IMG/VR virus record: IMGVR_UViG_3300021256_000056
Coordinates: 64,001-128,000 of that record
Strand: one strand, 5' to 3'
Origin: a virus
Lineage: Duplodnaviria > Caudoviricetes
DNA length: 64,000 nucleotides
A program made the translations under genes and the position numbers. Below the pieces are notes generated by a model. That model was not told where the DNA came from. It worked only from the letters and a program-made list of their open reading frames with translations, and did not search any database. How positions within the stretch are numbered: the stretch's first letter is position 1; each line of letters starts with the position of its first letter. Positions 44,355 through 54,942 of the stretch are shown one piece after another.

Positions 44355-47300
44355 TATATACAACTATTTTCAGCCTCTATTGGCAAATAGAGTAATTGTG
44401 ATAAATCCACCCTCATACCCCTTTTCTTGAAACTTCTGAGAGGGTTTGCATCTCTTGTTGCTGTTTTTCCACCAACATTTTTATATTTTTTAGGCATCTG
44501 TAAACCATATTCACCAAACGGGTCTTGCCTTCTAAGTTCGAAAGTAATATTCTGTTGTCTATATATAGCACCATTTGTAAATGTAACATCACCAATTTCT
44601 GAATTTTCGTTGGTTTGTGAATAAGGTAAAACCTCTCTCCAAACAAATGACTCTTCTTTCTTATTATATGATGCATATTGCGGCGCTCCATCTTCGCAGA
44701 GTATTATTTGGTCTATCGAATTTTCGTCTCCAGGCAAAAGTTTTTTATTGTTGTCCGCGGGTTCCAAAGTCAGCACGTTATTACCCTTAGAGTATAAATT
44801 ATACCATAATAGCGTACCATCCGTCTTTGTGACGCCAAATAAATCATTTATAACATATTTGTGTTCATCTGCGCCTTCAATAACCAATCTATATGTATAT
44901 TGTTGTGTTTGACCCGCGGGAACAACAACATATAGTGGCTGCTCCTCGATTTTTATATTATTGTAACTCAAAACAAAACCAACGCTATTGGTTATGGCAC
45001 TTGATATTTCCCTAATTGGAACTCTGGTATGAGGCGAATAATAGTAACCCTCTAACTGGATATTTCCAGGGAACGGGTGGCCTTCCTCGCTATAATTTAA
45101 TATTTCACTTTCAATGGCGAAGCCGCTAGAGTGGCTTGACATTGTCCCTTTTTGGGCGATAACAGTTTTATATGTTATATTACCAATCTTAATCTTGATA
45201 TCTCCAGTTCTACTCGCTATGTTCCTATTCACAGCGACATTTACATATACGACGGCCCCCCCACTTGACTGATAACCTACTGGAAGATTTATTTCGCGCC
45301 CGTCTAGTGTAGACGTAATGCTTACCCAATCTGGAATTTCTTTTATTTCCCATGTTGTTGCACGAATGGTCATACTTTTACTTAAAGTAGAATCGTCCCC
45401 CTTGCTTTCAAAAACTATTTTTGAATATTGAAGTCCTGTCTTATCTCTACCTATAATAGTATTTTTTGTCGTTTGTCCAATATCTTCTCCTTCACCAAAC
45501 ACGACAAACTTTTCATAATCGTCGCTTACCAAATTATCATAATGAATATCGTAATAATATGGGTTTAATATTTCTCTTTGTGCGGTATTCACCCTGTGAT
45601 ATACTTTCTCCAAAACAGTTTCTGAATTTGTGGTTGGGTCGAATTCGACAATATCACCATAAAACTCACTAAAACTGCTTAATTTTATGTTATCTTCAAG
45701 CACACTGGGTGGAAGTATATCTTCTCCAAATACATCGCTAAACCCCATTTCATAACGAACGTCAGTTATTTCTTGTGGCCTGACATTATGGAGCTTCCTT
45801 ATGTTGTAGTTTTCTAATTCGTTCCCCATGTCGACCCCCGAAGTAACCTTCCCAAAAGCATGTGAACGTTCTATTGTCGTGGCGGTATAGTTGTTGCGTT
45901 TGTACCATTCCTCATACCCCCTATTAGTTTTAATAATTGTCAGATAGAGCTCTGTTAATGGCCTGCCAAGATTATCCTTTAATCCCCTTGTATCAATATC
46001 ATCGGTGTATAATAATTGTGCTGTTCTATCTCCGTAAATGTTTTCGCCGTAGGCTAACTTGCTTAAGGAGCTATCTGGAAGCTTTCCATCCTCTTTAGTA
46101 TATTTCTTGAATTTTCTAAAATAGTACCTACATTCATTTGCGCCTGCGAGCCTTTTCATGTAACAAAAATGTATTTCGTTACATAGCCACATAAATAACT
46201 CTTCTTTCCTGAAAGTATTCTTGTATATTCTAAAACAATGGTCTGCGTTTAGATTGTTTTCATCACCAACCCCCTGTACTTGTATGTTCTCTGTTATTTC
46301 TACGCCAGCAAATGGAACATAAAATTTAACAACATCCCCATACTGTAGGTTATGCTTGATTGCTGTTTTAAATATATATATGTCTTGACCATTTCCACCC
46401 TTGGCAAGCCTAATAGAAGTCCTTATTCCTTCATGATTGTCTATAAGTTGTGACCTGGAGTCGCTGTCTCCTCCAGAATCTATGGTGCCATCGGGATTGA
46501 TTGTATCATTAGTGTTTATTTCACCCCCTTTGCCCATAACGGTATTAAATTTGTTAACATCGGATTTATATGGGTAAGTTATACACCAATCCCAATTATA
46601 TTCCAATCTTTTTCTCTCTTTATTAACATATGGAATGAAGGAAAACAGAGTTCTGTCGGGGTAGAGGTCGATAAACTCGCACTCTTTTCTATTGTTTAGT
46701 AATCTATCAATAATAATATTTTCATTTTTTGTATTATTATGAAGTTTTAACAATGAGGGGTTAGCGAAACCAAACCACCCATCACTTTCTTTAACGTGAA
46801 AAGTGAAGGCTTCTTCCATTGACATTATATTATCAATGCGATAAATATGTAAATTAGTTAACGTGGTACCAGTACCCGCTTGTTCTTGTGTACCCAATTC
46901 TTCTTGTATTGGATTGCAATTACTATCATAAAGCTGAGCCTCAATAGTATTATATGTCGTGCTTGATACTCCCCAAATTGGGTTAAATCCTCTTCCTCTT
47001 AGAAGATGATTATTAAAGATATCTACACCACATTTGTAATTGAAATTTCCTACTTCTGGATGAGAATACTCCGTGTTTCTTATGACGCTTTTATGTGTGA
47101 TTTGGGATGTATTCATCGCATACTGTGTAAACGCCGTATATCCTGTTGAAAAATTTTCATGTATAAGTTGACAGGTGTTACTGTCCTCATGCCAAATAAC
47201 TTCACTCTTCATATTATAAAGCACGTTACTGCATAGGGCGTTGATGGTGAAAATTAATCTATATTTAGTACATGCATCCCTTTCGTCATTATACAGCTGA

Positions 47301-47434
47301 TAGAGGTTGAGGGTATCCGAAACGTCGTTAAATGGTATTAGCCTGGTTTTTTGCTCCAGGCTTATATCAATGTTATTCGTCTTGCTGATAGACTTAACGT
47401 TTCTATTTTTCTCTAAAAATATCTTTTCTTCCAT
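44354..47434 (-). CDS. Baseplate-region structural protein with inserted BACON-like domain
   Basis: YNDERDACTKYRL, YYFRKFK, LKDNLGRPLTELYLTIIK, FYGDIVEF; BACON-like segment at about 45140-45425. Confidence 0.6.
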   Translation of the reverse strand: MEEKIFLEKNRNVKSISKTNNIDISLEQKTRLIPFNDVSDTLNLYQLYNDERDACTKYRLIFTINALCSNVLYNMKSEVIWHEDSNTCQLIHENFSTGYTAFTQYAMNTSQITHKSVIRNTEYSHPEVGNFNYKCGVDIFNNHLLRGRGFNPIWGVSSTTYNTIEAQLYDSNCNPIQEELGTQEQAGTGTTLTNLHIYRIDNIMSMEEAFTFHVKESDGWFGFANPSLLKLHNNTKNENIIIDRLLNNRKECEFIDLYPDRTLFSFIPYVNKERKRLEYNWDWCITYPYKSDVNKFNTVMGKGGEINTNDTINPDGTIDSGGDSDSRSQLIDNHEGIRTSIRLAKGGNGQDIYIFKTAIKHNLQYGDVVKFYVPFAGVEITENIQVQGVGDENNLNADHCFRIYKNTFRKEELFMWLCNEIHFCYMKRLAGANECRYYFRKFKKYTKEDGKLPDSSLSKLAYGENIYGDRTAQLLYTDDIDTRGLKDNLGRPLTELYLTIIKTNRGYEEWYKRNNYTATTIERSHAFGKVTSGVDMGNELENYNIRKLHNVRPQEITDVRYEMGFSDVFGEDILPPSVLEDNIKLSSFSEFYGDIVEFDPTTNSETVLEKVYHRVNTAQREILNPYYYDIHYDNLVSDDYEKFVVFGEGEDIGQTTKNTIIGRDKTGLQYSKIVFESKGDDSTLSKSMTIRATTWEIKEIPDWVSITSTLDGREINLPVGYQSSGGAVVYVNVAVNRNIASRTGDIKIKIGNITYKTVIAQKGTMSSHSSGFAIESEILNYSEEGHPFPGNIQLEGYYYSPHTRVPIREISSAITNSVGFVLSYNNIKIEEQPLYVVVPAGQTQQYTYRLVIEGADEHKYVINDLFGVTKTDGTLLWYNLYSKGNNVLTLEPADNNKKLLPGDENSIDQIILCEDGAPQYASYNKKEESFVWREVLPYSQTNENSEIGDVTFTNGAIYRQQNITFELRRQDPFGEYGLQMPKKYKNVGGKTATRDANPLRSFKKRGMRVDLSQLLYLPIEAENSCI

Positions 47435-50400
47435 TATATGTTAAAATGTATCTCGAATGGTTCATAATTTAATTCAATGCTTGAATCAATTGGGTAAGGG
47501 TTTATTTGAAGTACTCCCGAAGCACTCTCTGGTATGCCGCCACCACTTGTGGGCCCATGAAATGTAATTTTTATATCTCCGTTTTGCGGGCCTTCTATGT
47601 TCCAATAAACGTAGTGGTTGGGTGTTTTAAATATACTTATTAATTGTTTTGCAATATCAGGTCTACTAATATCAAATATGTTACCTTTATCACAATGTGC
47701 TATGAGAATGATATCAAGATAATCACCAGTTTTAACACTAACTGGTGTTTCCAATGACCATGTTATATTACATTTCTCCACCCCTTGGCTGTCTGCTTCC
47801 AATTTGTAATATGTATTGCCGACTTTAATATATATGGGATATTGACTCGTTGGATTTTCTGGAATACTAGCATAAACAAGCACGGTTTCGCCCGATATTT
47901 CTGCACTATCAATTTGTTTGTAATAATATCCACTTTCATCAATATCACTCTTTTTTTCGCAGCTAGAGAAATATTGTTTATTAAACTCGTCAAGCGCGGT
48001 TGCCCCAGGGTGCAATCCAAAATAAAAATAGAAAGAGTTTTCATATAAAGGAAAGCGCCATGAACCTGATTTTTTTTCAGCAAATTTTGTTTTCAATAAT
48101 GATAAATTATCTATTCCAAATCTAAAACGATAGTAATCTTGGCTCGGTGTATCAAGTGTTTGTGTTTGTGTATTTTCGACAATATCTTTATCATAATCTA
48201 AACCTGGTGCTACTATGCCTACTTCATTTTTCATTTCCCCTCTAACCTTCGTACCATTGTACCAAGTCTTTGCATCCGATTCTTGTACATCAATCACTTT
48301 CTTCTTTAAAAGCCCGTCAAAAGCGTTGGGGTTTAAAAATTTAAACTCATATGTAGGATAGCCAGTCTTTTCCGCGGTTCCAGTTGCGATTAATCTTCTA
48401 TGATTTAATGTTGCGAACGACATTCTAAAGTCGTCATCCAATATGTCTTTATTATTAATTATGCCTGTTGGGACATAGTAGTTAAAGACAAAAGTGCTGC
48501 CCGTTGTGGGGCTATAGTTCACTCCTTTAACGGTTTCCTTTCTAGGGTTTAATGCAACACCGATTTCACAAGCCCTCGCAAGATTTACACAGGACTTTAT
48601 ATTTGTTTGTGAATTAAAACAACTTATGCCAAGAAAAAGTCCTCCTGGTTGATACAAGGATGTTCCAGTAAAAAAACTTTTACCTTGTTCGGGCCCACTG
48701 TAGTTCCACGCTATACCTGGCGCTTCTGTCAATGTAATATAATCATCTAAATCGGTATATTCAATAACTGCTGTATTTGTGTCTCCTGAAAAGAATTTTC
48801 TTACATTTTCATATGTTTGTTTTTCCATAACAGATACCCCTGTATCGGTGTAACCAGTTCCCTTTGGTTCGCTACAGATGGTAACTGTACCATCACTGGT
48901 TGAGATGCCATAAAGATAACCCTCACTATCAAGGTTTGTTTGTGCAAGGTTCGTGGGCATTTTATAACTAGTAGAAACCAGGTGATTAAACGCTTGGGGA
49001 AGTCCGTTCTTATCACAATCATTCAAGGACCCCAATAATATTAAATCTGTTGCAAAAAAATTTGCTTTATACCTAACTCTATCTGACCCTTCTTCTCTAG
49101 TATGCCATTCGCATGGTTTTGCATAATAAACATATTGTTCCTTGGATGTTAATTTCTCTTGTATAACACCACCATTGCTACCGAATACTTTAAAATATTT
49201 AAAGCCAGGGGCGCCATGACATTTTTGAAAAGTCTTCGTATTTTCATCATAAGGTTTATTGGGTTTGCATCCTATGTCGGTTGTAGTATTTATTGAATAT
49301 GTGGCACCGCTATTTGTTATGGAATACCCAAGGGAACATTGCTGCGTGTATTTTCTTGTTCGTCCAAAAGAGACGGAGCCGTTACCGCTATGGCTCGAGC
49401 TTAAACAGCCCTTAATTTTTAGCGGTACTTTAATCAAGCCCCAAAGATAGTTTCTTTTCTTTCTTACGAACTTATTCCATCGAGGAATATATATTGTCCC
49501 ATTAATCCAATCATTATAAAAATCAAAATTAATAACACGATATTCTTGTGCCAAATTCATCTCAACACAAGATAGAAGATAATCAATTTCACGTGTTAAA
49601 CAGATTGGCTCTTCCTTCCCATTGGGGACATAATTTGAGTTTTGCGAATCAATACTTGTTTTGTCAACAAAAGCGGCATTATATCCAGGCGAGGCGTCTT
49701 CATCTTCGTCTTCCTGTGTATTGTCAGTATTTTTTTTAACCAAAGCATTATAAGTTTGTTTCCATAAATCATATCCTGGTCTAACATTGCCGATTTCTTC
49801 ATACCATAAATAAAAATACGATAGGCCAACGGGGGCAAAATACCAACCTTCCAAGTCGGGGCATAAATCACCCTCGAGAACAATTAATGTCCATTGCTTG
49901 AGTTTTTGCCTTATTTTTTTACCAGGTCCTGAGGGCAAAAGTTTGTTATCAATGAGCGTATGTGCTAATTTAGCGAGCCCAAGGGCTATGGCGCCAATAA
50001 CATTATTTACAAACCCAACAACTGAAATATATATTTTGATTATAGCACACATTATAATAAACATCAAAGGTAATCTAATGCGAATATTGTTATATGGCAT
50101 TGGATTATTGTTACTATAATTATTAGTGTGTTTTAAGCCAGTAAATCTTTCACTACGAATCCATCCTGATTGCTGAAACCTAGGTATAAATGATTTAATT
50201 GAGTATACATTGTTCCAGAACATATCTCTAAAAGATGTGTCCTTTGTTTGTGTCCCAAAATTGAAGTCTTTTTCAGTTTCGTCCTTAGGATTATTGGGGA
50301 CTAGTACTTTTGAAAGGAAATAATTATGTGTGTTTTGTTCGTTATCATGAAGCGATATCCTAAATCTCACGCTAGTTCTGGTGGGTATGCCCTTTTCGGG

Positions 50401-51432
50401 GTTGTCAGTTGCAACAGTATTACCATACTCATCTGTTGTAATGTAGTCCAAATTCATTGGAATTTGGTAACACCAAATTCCGTCAGAATTAATAAGTTCT
50501 GTTCCTTTTATTGCAAACTCCTCGATTGTGTTACTAGGTGTCTTGCGTATCATTTCAATGGTACCCTCACCAGTAATAAGTTCATCCATTGCTCCCATGG
50601 TATTGGTTGCGATGCATTTTTTACTAATACCGTTCGACGAATTGTCGGTAAAGACTGAGCCCAAGAAAACGCAGGTTGGTTCAAATTTATAATTTACGTT
50701 AATATCACACCTTGAAATTCCAACTTGGTCACCCTGTCCCGTATTACCCCAGAAAGGAATGACCTCCACGGTTTGGTCTTGGCTGAAAATTTGGCTTAAC
50801 GTGTCGAGTTCGTCATCTGACTTAAACACATTTGGATTCTCGAACTGTTCAACAGTATAACCTTTATAGTAAAAATCCCTCGGTCTTTGTGAAAGCATTC
50901 CACAATCAGAAAGGTCCAAATCCATATGTACGGTGTAATCCCCAGTGGGGACGCCACAAATCATATAGTCTCCAGCGTTATTTGTTTTGGTAGTATATTT
51001 GTAATATTCTTCAAAAATTTCAATAACATCATCGTTATCGAGAACGAAAGTCTTTGAAGGGAACGTACCGACAGCCCTGTGGCAATCACTAAGGTCCTGG
51101 TCGGGTAATAGGTTATAACGTATTCCTTTATCACCTCTGTCCTGTGTGCTTTGGTATGGATATAGTTGTGCTTTAAGTACGTCCATCCTCGTCTCCGTTG
51201 TTGCGCTGATGAACACACTTATTTTTGCGTTTGGAATACCGAAGCCACCATTGGCGAGCACTCTACCAACTATAACACCGTAGTCCGCAGACTGTAATCT
51301 ATACGCATCCTCCTGAGTAAGCTTTAATGACAGGATTTCAAATGTGTTGTAATCCTGGTCAAGATTAACGTTAATATTAACATTGTTACCAACTTCGGTT
51401 CTAATCCTATATGACCTGTTTGTATCGTTCAT
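47434..51432 (-). CDS. Large baseplate hub-region structural protein
   Basis: YGVIVGRV..N.GFGIPNAKIS (carboxypeptidase-regulatory-like Ig fold), YTTKTNNAGDYMI, PMNLDY, FDFYNDWINGT, FYFYFGL; internal hydrophobic segment. Confidence 0.6.
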   Translation of the reverse strand: MNDTNRSYRIRTEVGNNVNINVNLDQDYNTFEILSLKLTQEDAYRLQSADYGVIVGRVLANGGFGIPNAKISVFISATTETRMDVLKAQLYPYQSTQDRGDKGIRYNLLPDQDLSDCHRAVGTFPSKTFVLDNDDVIEIFEEYYKYTTKTNNAGDYMICGVPTGDYTVHMDLDLSDCGMLSQRPRDFYYKGYTVEQFENPNVFKSDDELDTLSQIFSQDQTVEVIPFWGNTGQGDQVGISRCDINVNYKFEPTCVFLGSVFTDNSSNGISKKCIATNTMGAMDELITGEGTIEMIRKTPSNTIEEFAIKGTELINSDGIWCYQIPMNLDYITTDEYGNTVATDNPEKGIPTRTSVRFRISLHDNEQNTHNYFLSKVLVPNNPKDETEKDFNFGTQTKDTSFRDMFWNNVYSIKSFIPRFQQSGWIRSERFTGLKHTNNYSNNNPMPYNNIRIRLPLMFIIMCAIIKIYISVVGFVNNVIGAIALGLAKLAHTLIDNKLLPSGPGKKIRQKLKQWTLIVLEGDLCPDLEGWYFAPVGLSYFYLWYEEIGNVRPGYDLWKQTYNALVKKNTDNTQEDEDEDASPGYNAAFVDKTSIDSQNSNYVPNGKEEPICLTREIDYLLSCVEMNLAQEYRVINFDFYNDWINGTIYIPRWNKFVRKKRNYLWGLIKVPLKIKGCLSSSHSGNGSVSFGRTRKYTQQCSLGYSITNSGATYSINTTTDIGCKPNKPYDENTKTFQKCHGAPGFKYFKVFGSNGGVIQEKLTSKEQYVYYAKPCEWHTREEGSDRVRYKANFFATDLILLGSLNDCDKNGLPQAFNHLVSTSYKMPTNLAQTNLDSEGYLYGISTSDGTVTICSEPKGTGYTDTGVSVMEKQTYENVRKFFSGDTNTAVIEYTDLDDYITLTEAPGIAWNYSGPEQGKSFFTGTSLYQPGGLFLGISCFNSQTNIKSCVNLARACEIGVALNPRKETVKGVNYSPTTGSTFVFNYYVPTGIINNKDILDDDFRMSFATLNHRRLIATGTAEKTGYPTYEFKFLNPNAFDGLLKKKVIDVQESDAKTWYNGTKVRGEMKNEVGIVAPGLDYDKDIVENTQTQTLDTPSQDYYRFRFGIDNLSLLKTKFAEKKSGSWRFPLYENSFYFYFGLHPGATALDEFNKQYFSSCEKKSDIDESGYYYKQIDSAEISGETVLVYASIPENPTSQYPIYIKVGNTYYKLEADSQGVEKCNITWSLETPVSVKTGDYLDIILIAHCDKGNIFDISRPDIAKQLISIFKTPNHYVYWNIEGPQNGDIKITFHGPTSGGGIPESASGVLQINPYPIDSSIELNYEPFEIHFNI

Positions 51433-51658
51433 TCTTTATTTTAAAAACTTTATCTATGTTTATTGGTTTGGTATGCCTTACTAAAATTGAAACCAATGCT
51501 ATTGGTAAAAACATTATGACAAGGCACCATCCTAAAATTTTCTTTAGGAGTTTCTTGACTGAACCCCTGATGTTAGACTTCTTGCTTGTTGGTATATTAT
51601 TCCCATACTTTTTTTGCAAATAAGTCATTTGTGCGTCCACTTTACATGCACAAGCCAT
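51407..51658 (-). CDS. Small single-TM protein with N-terminal CxC
   Basis: MACACK...ILGWCLVIMFLPIALVSILV; TAATG-coupled to the gp6-like gene. Confidence 0.65.
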   Translation of the reverse strand: MACACKVDAQMTYLQKKYGNNIPTSKKSNIRGSVKKLLKKILGWCLVIMFLPIALVSILVRHTKPINIDKVFKIKNERYKQVI

Positions 51659-53619
51659 TATCTTTCCTTAAATTGTACTGTTATATCTATTGTTGGGTTC
51701 TTAATTTCGAGCATTGCGTTACCTTCGCTGTATATGATACCGTCAGATGCTTCAAGGTCTATCTCTACCCTGTTACTCTCTACAACATCACTTCCTTCGC
51801 AAGAGGAAAGTTCCACTGTTGCTTGGGTGGTAACATCGGGCGAATAACCTTCGCCAAAATTGTTGTAAACCCTCATTTTAATGAAATTCACAACGCCGTC
51901 AACTTTGGATATTTCCTTCGCTATATCACCAACATAAACATCGTCACCCATTTGGTGCTTATTAATATCCATGTAAGATTTAATAACATTCTTAATGTTG
52001 GTAATTACATCGGACGCGTTATATTCCTTATCAATGATAACGTATGGCTCAAACTGCAGATTAATGATTCGTCCTGACTTAATCTCAACAAAATCATTTA
52101 TCATTCTGTAATTTGAAAGGTAGTCCTGAATATTCTCAATTAATGTTACTGGTAATGAAGAATCGAGGTTGCCATAGCAGTTTATGCCAAGAAGGTAGAG
52201 CATTACTTTGTTATTTTCTTCCGCAGCACCAGACCTGAACGGTGTACCATATTTTGCGGGCATTTGTGCTAGTCTACTTAAATAGTCTTTTACTGTAACA
52301 CACCTTTCTTGTGCTGCAACGCTATATTTCATAAGGAATTTTAGCTCATCAACCGTTGGCATATCTTTACCTGATACTGATTCCATTGTGCTTTCTACAC
52401 TAATCGAAGAGCGTACTCTTGATGCTATCGTGGCGGCGTTCTCATTGTTAGTATTAGGAGTTATTTCAACATTAAGATATGATATGCTATTAATCGCACC
52501 CTTTGCAACATTACTGGTTTTCCCGCCTCCAGACCTATAAAGAACAAACATGGTGCTATCCTCTGGTGGAAGATAACCGAGTGTCTCGTTCCTTAACATT
52601 TGCTGAATTTGATACTGCGCATATGGCATGGTTGCGGTACCGAAAGCATCTACCTCGCTCTCTATGCCTGGTCCAAATGTTATTTTTAAGTATCCGCGGT
52701 CAGTAAATTCAGTAATAAACTTATGCTTAACCTGTTTCCATTCCCCTTTGGTTACTGAATATGTTGGGATTACTGTGTCTTGGTTATAAATGTAGCCAAA
52801 TTGATGTACTTCTGGGGCGTCGTTCTCCACTACCTCACCCCATCTTTGCTGCTGTGACAAGGAATCAACCTCAAAAAATCGTGTAACGCCAGTATGTGTT
52901 GAAGATGTCTCCTCTGGAATATAAAACTCACTCATTTTGGGATTTGACTGGAAACCGCTACCTGGTTTTACAATAATAGACTCAATGTTCATTACGTTTT
53001 CTATTGGCAGGAGTACTTCCATAAATGGGGTAATGTCTCTGGCGGAAAGATATTTCTTAAAGATATTGGTTTCGCCAGCGATTACAACTGCAATCTTTGT
53101 TATGGTGTAAGATAGGGGTCTCCTATTTGAATCTCTATTAAGTTGAATAAACCTATCACTTACCCCGTTTGTGTTAAATTGCTTTTTAAAATCAAGGTCT
53201 TCCATTAATTCGAAAGCCTGGGAGCCTGATGATACCTTCGTACCCTTTTTGATTAATGGGGCATACTGCCAATCTGGCTCATTTGTGGTTGTATCGTTAC
53301 TGGTTAAAGGTAAAATGCACTTGAATGCAACTTCGCACATGGCTCCCTTGGGGCCTGGTACTTTATATCCAAGATTTCTAGCAATGGTGAAAACGGAACT
53401 TGCTTTCTTTGCACTATCGATATTAGTTTCTTGATATACGCGGTCAATATGGTAGCTGAGTTCATCAGCAACCGCGGCGTTTAAATCTATAAACCAAGAA
53501 CCAACTGATGCGTCCTCGTAGTTAAAGGACATATCTGGATAATAGGTTTTAGATAGTTCTACAAGGGCGTTTCTATAGTCGTCGTAATTTCTATTTAAAT
53601 ATGATATTTTCTTCTCCAT
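51658..53619 (-). CDS. Baseplate wedge subunit (T4 gp6-like)
   Basis: YLNRNYDD, LSYHID...ETNIDSA...IARNLGY, AQERCVTVKDY. Confidence 0.85.
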   Translation of the reverse strand: MEKKISYLNRNYDDYRNALVELSKTYYPDMSFNYEDASVGSWFIDLNAAVADELSYHIDRVYQETNIDSAKKASSVFTIARNLGYKVPGPKGAMCEVAFKCILPLTSNDTTTNEPDWQYAPLIKKGTKVSSGSQAFELMEDLDFKKQFNTNGVSDRFIQLNRDSNRRPLSYTITKIAVVIAGETNIFKKYLSARDITPFMEVLLPIENVMNIESIIVKPGSGFQSNPKMSEFYIPEETSSTHTGVTRFFEVDSLSQQQRWGEVVENDAPEVHQFGYIYNQDTVIPTYSVTKGEWKQVKHKFITEFTDRGYLKITFGPGIESEVDAFGTATMPYAQYQIQQMLRNETLGYLPPEDSTMFVLYRSGGGKTSNVAKGAINSISYLNVEITPNTNNENAATIASRVRSSISVESTMESVSGKDMPTVDELKFLMKYSVAAQERCVTVKDYLSRLAQMPAKYGTPFRSGAAEENNKVMLYLLGINCYGNLDSSLPVTLIENIQDYLSNYRMINDFVEIKSGRIINLQFEPYVIIDKEYNASDVITNIKNVIKSYMDINKHQMGDDVYVGDIAKEISKVDGVVNFIKMRVYNNFGEGYSPDVTTQATVELSSCEGSDVVESNRVEIDLEASDGIIYSEGNAMLEIKNPTIDITVQFKER

Positions 53620-53627
53620 GCTGATTC

Positions 53628-54014
53628 TTATAGTTTTATTGCAACATTATTCTGTATTTCGCTTAGGCCTTTCTTTACGGTATAGAGCACACTCACTATT
53701 TTAGAGTGACTATCTTCATCTTCTAATATTTGAATGTCATCTAAATTAACGTTTGGAATTCTTGATTTAATGCTAGTTCTAATCTCTGTTTTAATGCCCT
53801 CAAAGGTTTGACTATCGCTAGGATTAAATATGAATCGTACTAAATCGCTGCCGAACTCAGGGTCGCGAATGCGCTGTTTTTTGGGTGTGAAAATAATATG
53901 AAGGATTTGTGATTGTATGGAATCCTCGTAAGTCTCATTGAGGTCCACATAAACCAAATCCTCATTATCATAAGTAAAGGGGTATTTTATACCGTAATTT
54001 TGTGTCTTGGCCAT
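53628..54014 (-). CDS. Baseplate wedge/sheath initiator (T4 gp25-like)
   Basis: GIKYPF, IIFTPKKQRIRDPEFGSDL..FIFNP. Confidence 0.85.
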   Translation of the reverse strand: MAKTQNYGIKYPFTYDNEDLVYVDLNETYEDSIQSQILHIIFTPKKQRIRDPEFGSDLVRFIFNPSDSQTFEGIKTEIRTSIKSRIPNVNLDDIQILEDEDSHSKIVSVLYTVKKGLSEIQNNVAIKL

Positions 54015-54032
54015 AATTTCATTTAATTACCA

Positions 54033-54041
54033 ATAAATAGT
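54033..54041 (-). promoter_or_regulatory. Putative late promoter ACTATTTAT heading the baseplate operon
   Basis: Exact motif 18 nt upstream of ATG 54014. Confidence 0.7.
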
Positions 54042-54054
54042 TTCCTGTGTATTT

Positions 54055-54942
54055 TTAAAAATGCTTTCCAACCCAATACATTTTATTATCAATGGAATCC
54101 TTGGAAACTTTAATACCCGTCATTTCTTCAATAAGTTTTAGCTTTTCAGGCGTTTTTTTATTATATCTGAAATAGCGCTCCGCCATATCTTTTTTTTCTT
54201 CAGCGTTCCTTGGGGTGTAATCGGGGAATCCCCTTTGAATTTTCTCGCAGTATTCTTCGGTGCTTTTTGTCGTATAGTGTTTTAGGTATGCCATTGAGAA
54301 GTCATATTTCGCAAACGGAGACACACTATTGGGAAGCTCTCTACCAATACTATCGCAACAGGCTAAGATTGTGGAAGGTGTATGTGAGTTTTTGGTCCAC
54401 TTTATCTCAATATCATCAATATAACCCCTTATGACGCTTTTAATATGGTTATTTTCGCCGAAACTAAACTTAACAATAAAATTGTAGGGCGTGACGGGCT
54501 TCTTGAATCTTTCTTGAACGGGCTTATCCTCATACCTAAGGCAATCCCCGTCACCATAACACATCCAATTGATGTGCACCATATCATAATCTTCGAACCT
54601 CGCGTCCGAGAAATATGTGGGGATGTCCATCCTTTTATTCCTAAACTCTAGAAATTCATCGCAATCAAAGAATGCAATCCAGTCATATTGGTCCTTATAG
54701 GTATTATAACACTCTTCATACGATTCCCACTGGCAATATCTTTTACCTCGATAATTTTTTAATATGACAAACCCTTCATCAATGTAATCTCCGATAACAT
54801 CCTCAAAGTGCTCTCCGTCAATATCATTATTATCAAAAAGACAGATATTGGCCGCGTTAAGCTTCTTATAATGCTCAACATATTCCCTTATATAGCGATT
54901 TTCGTTTTTGCCGATACAGCATATTAAAACTTTGGTGTCCAT
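54055..54942 (-). CDS. Glycosyltransferase (GT-A fold; GT2_4/GT92-like)
   Basis: KNENRYIREYVEHY, LFDNN, WIAFFDCDEF (DxD), IKSVIR, LKHY.TKS. Confidence 0.85.
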   Translation of the reverse strand: MDTKVLICCIGKNENRYIREYVEHYKKLNAANICLFDNNDIDGEHFEDVIGDYIDEGFVILKNYRGKRYCQWESYEECYNTYKDQYDWIAFFDCDEFLEFRNKRMDIPTYFSDARFEDYDMVHINWMCYGDGDCLRYEDKPVQERFKKPVTPYNFIVKFSFGENNHIKSVIRGYIDDIEIKWTKNSHTPSTILACCDSIGRELPNSVSPFAKYDFSMAYLKHYTTKSTEEYCEKIQRGFPDYTPRNAEEKKDMAERYFRYNKKTPEKLKLIEEMTGIKVSKDSIDNKMYWVGKHF

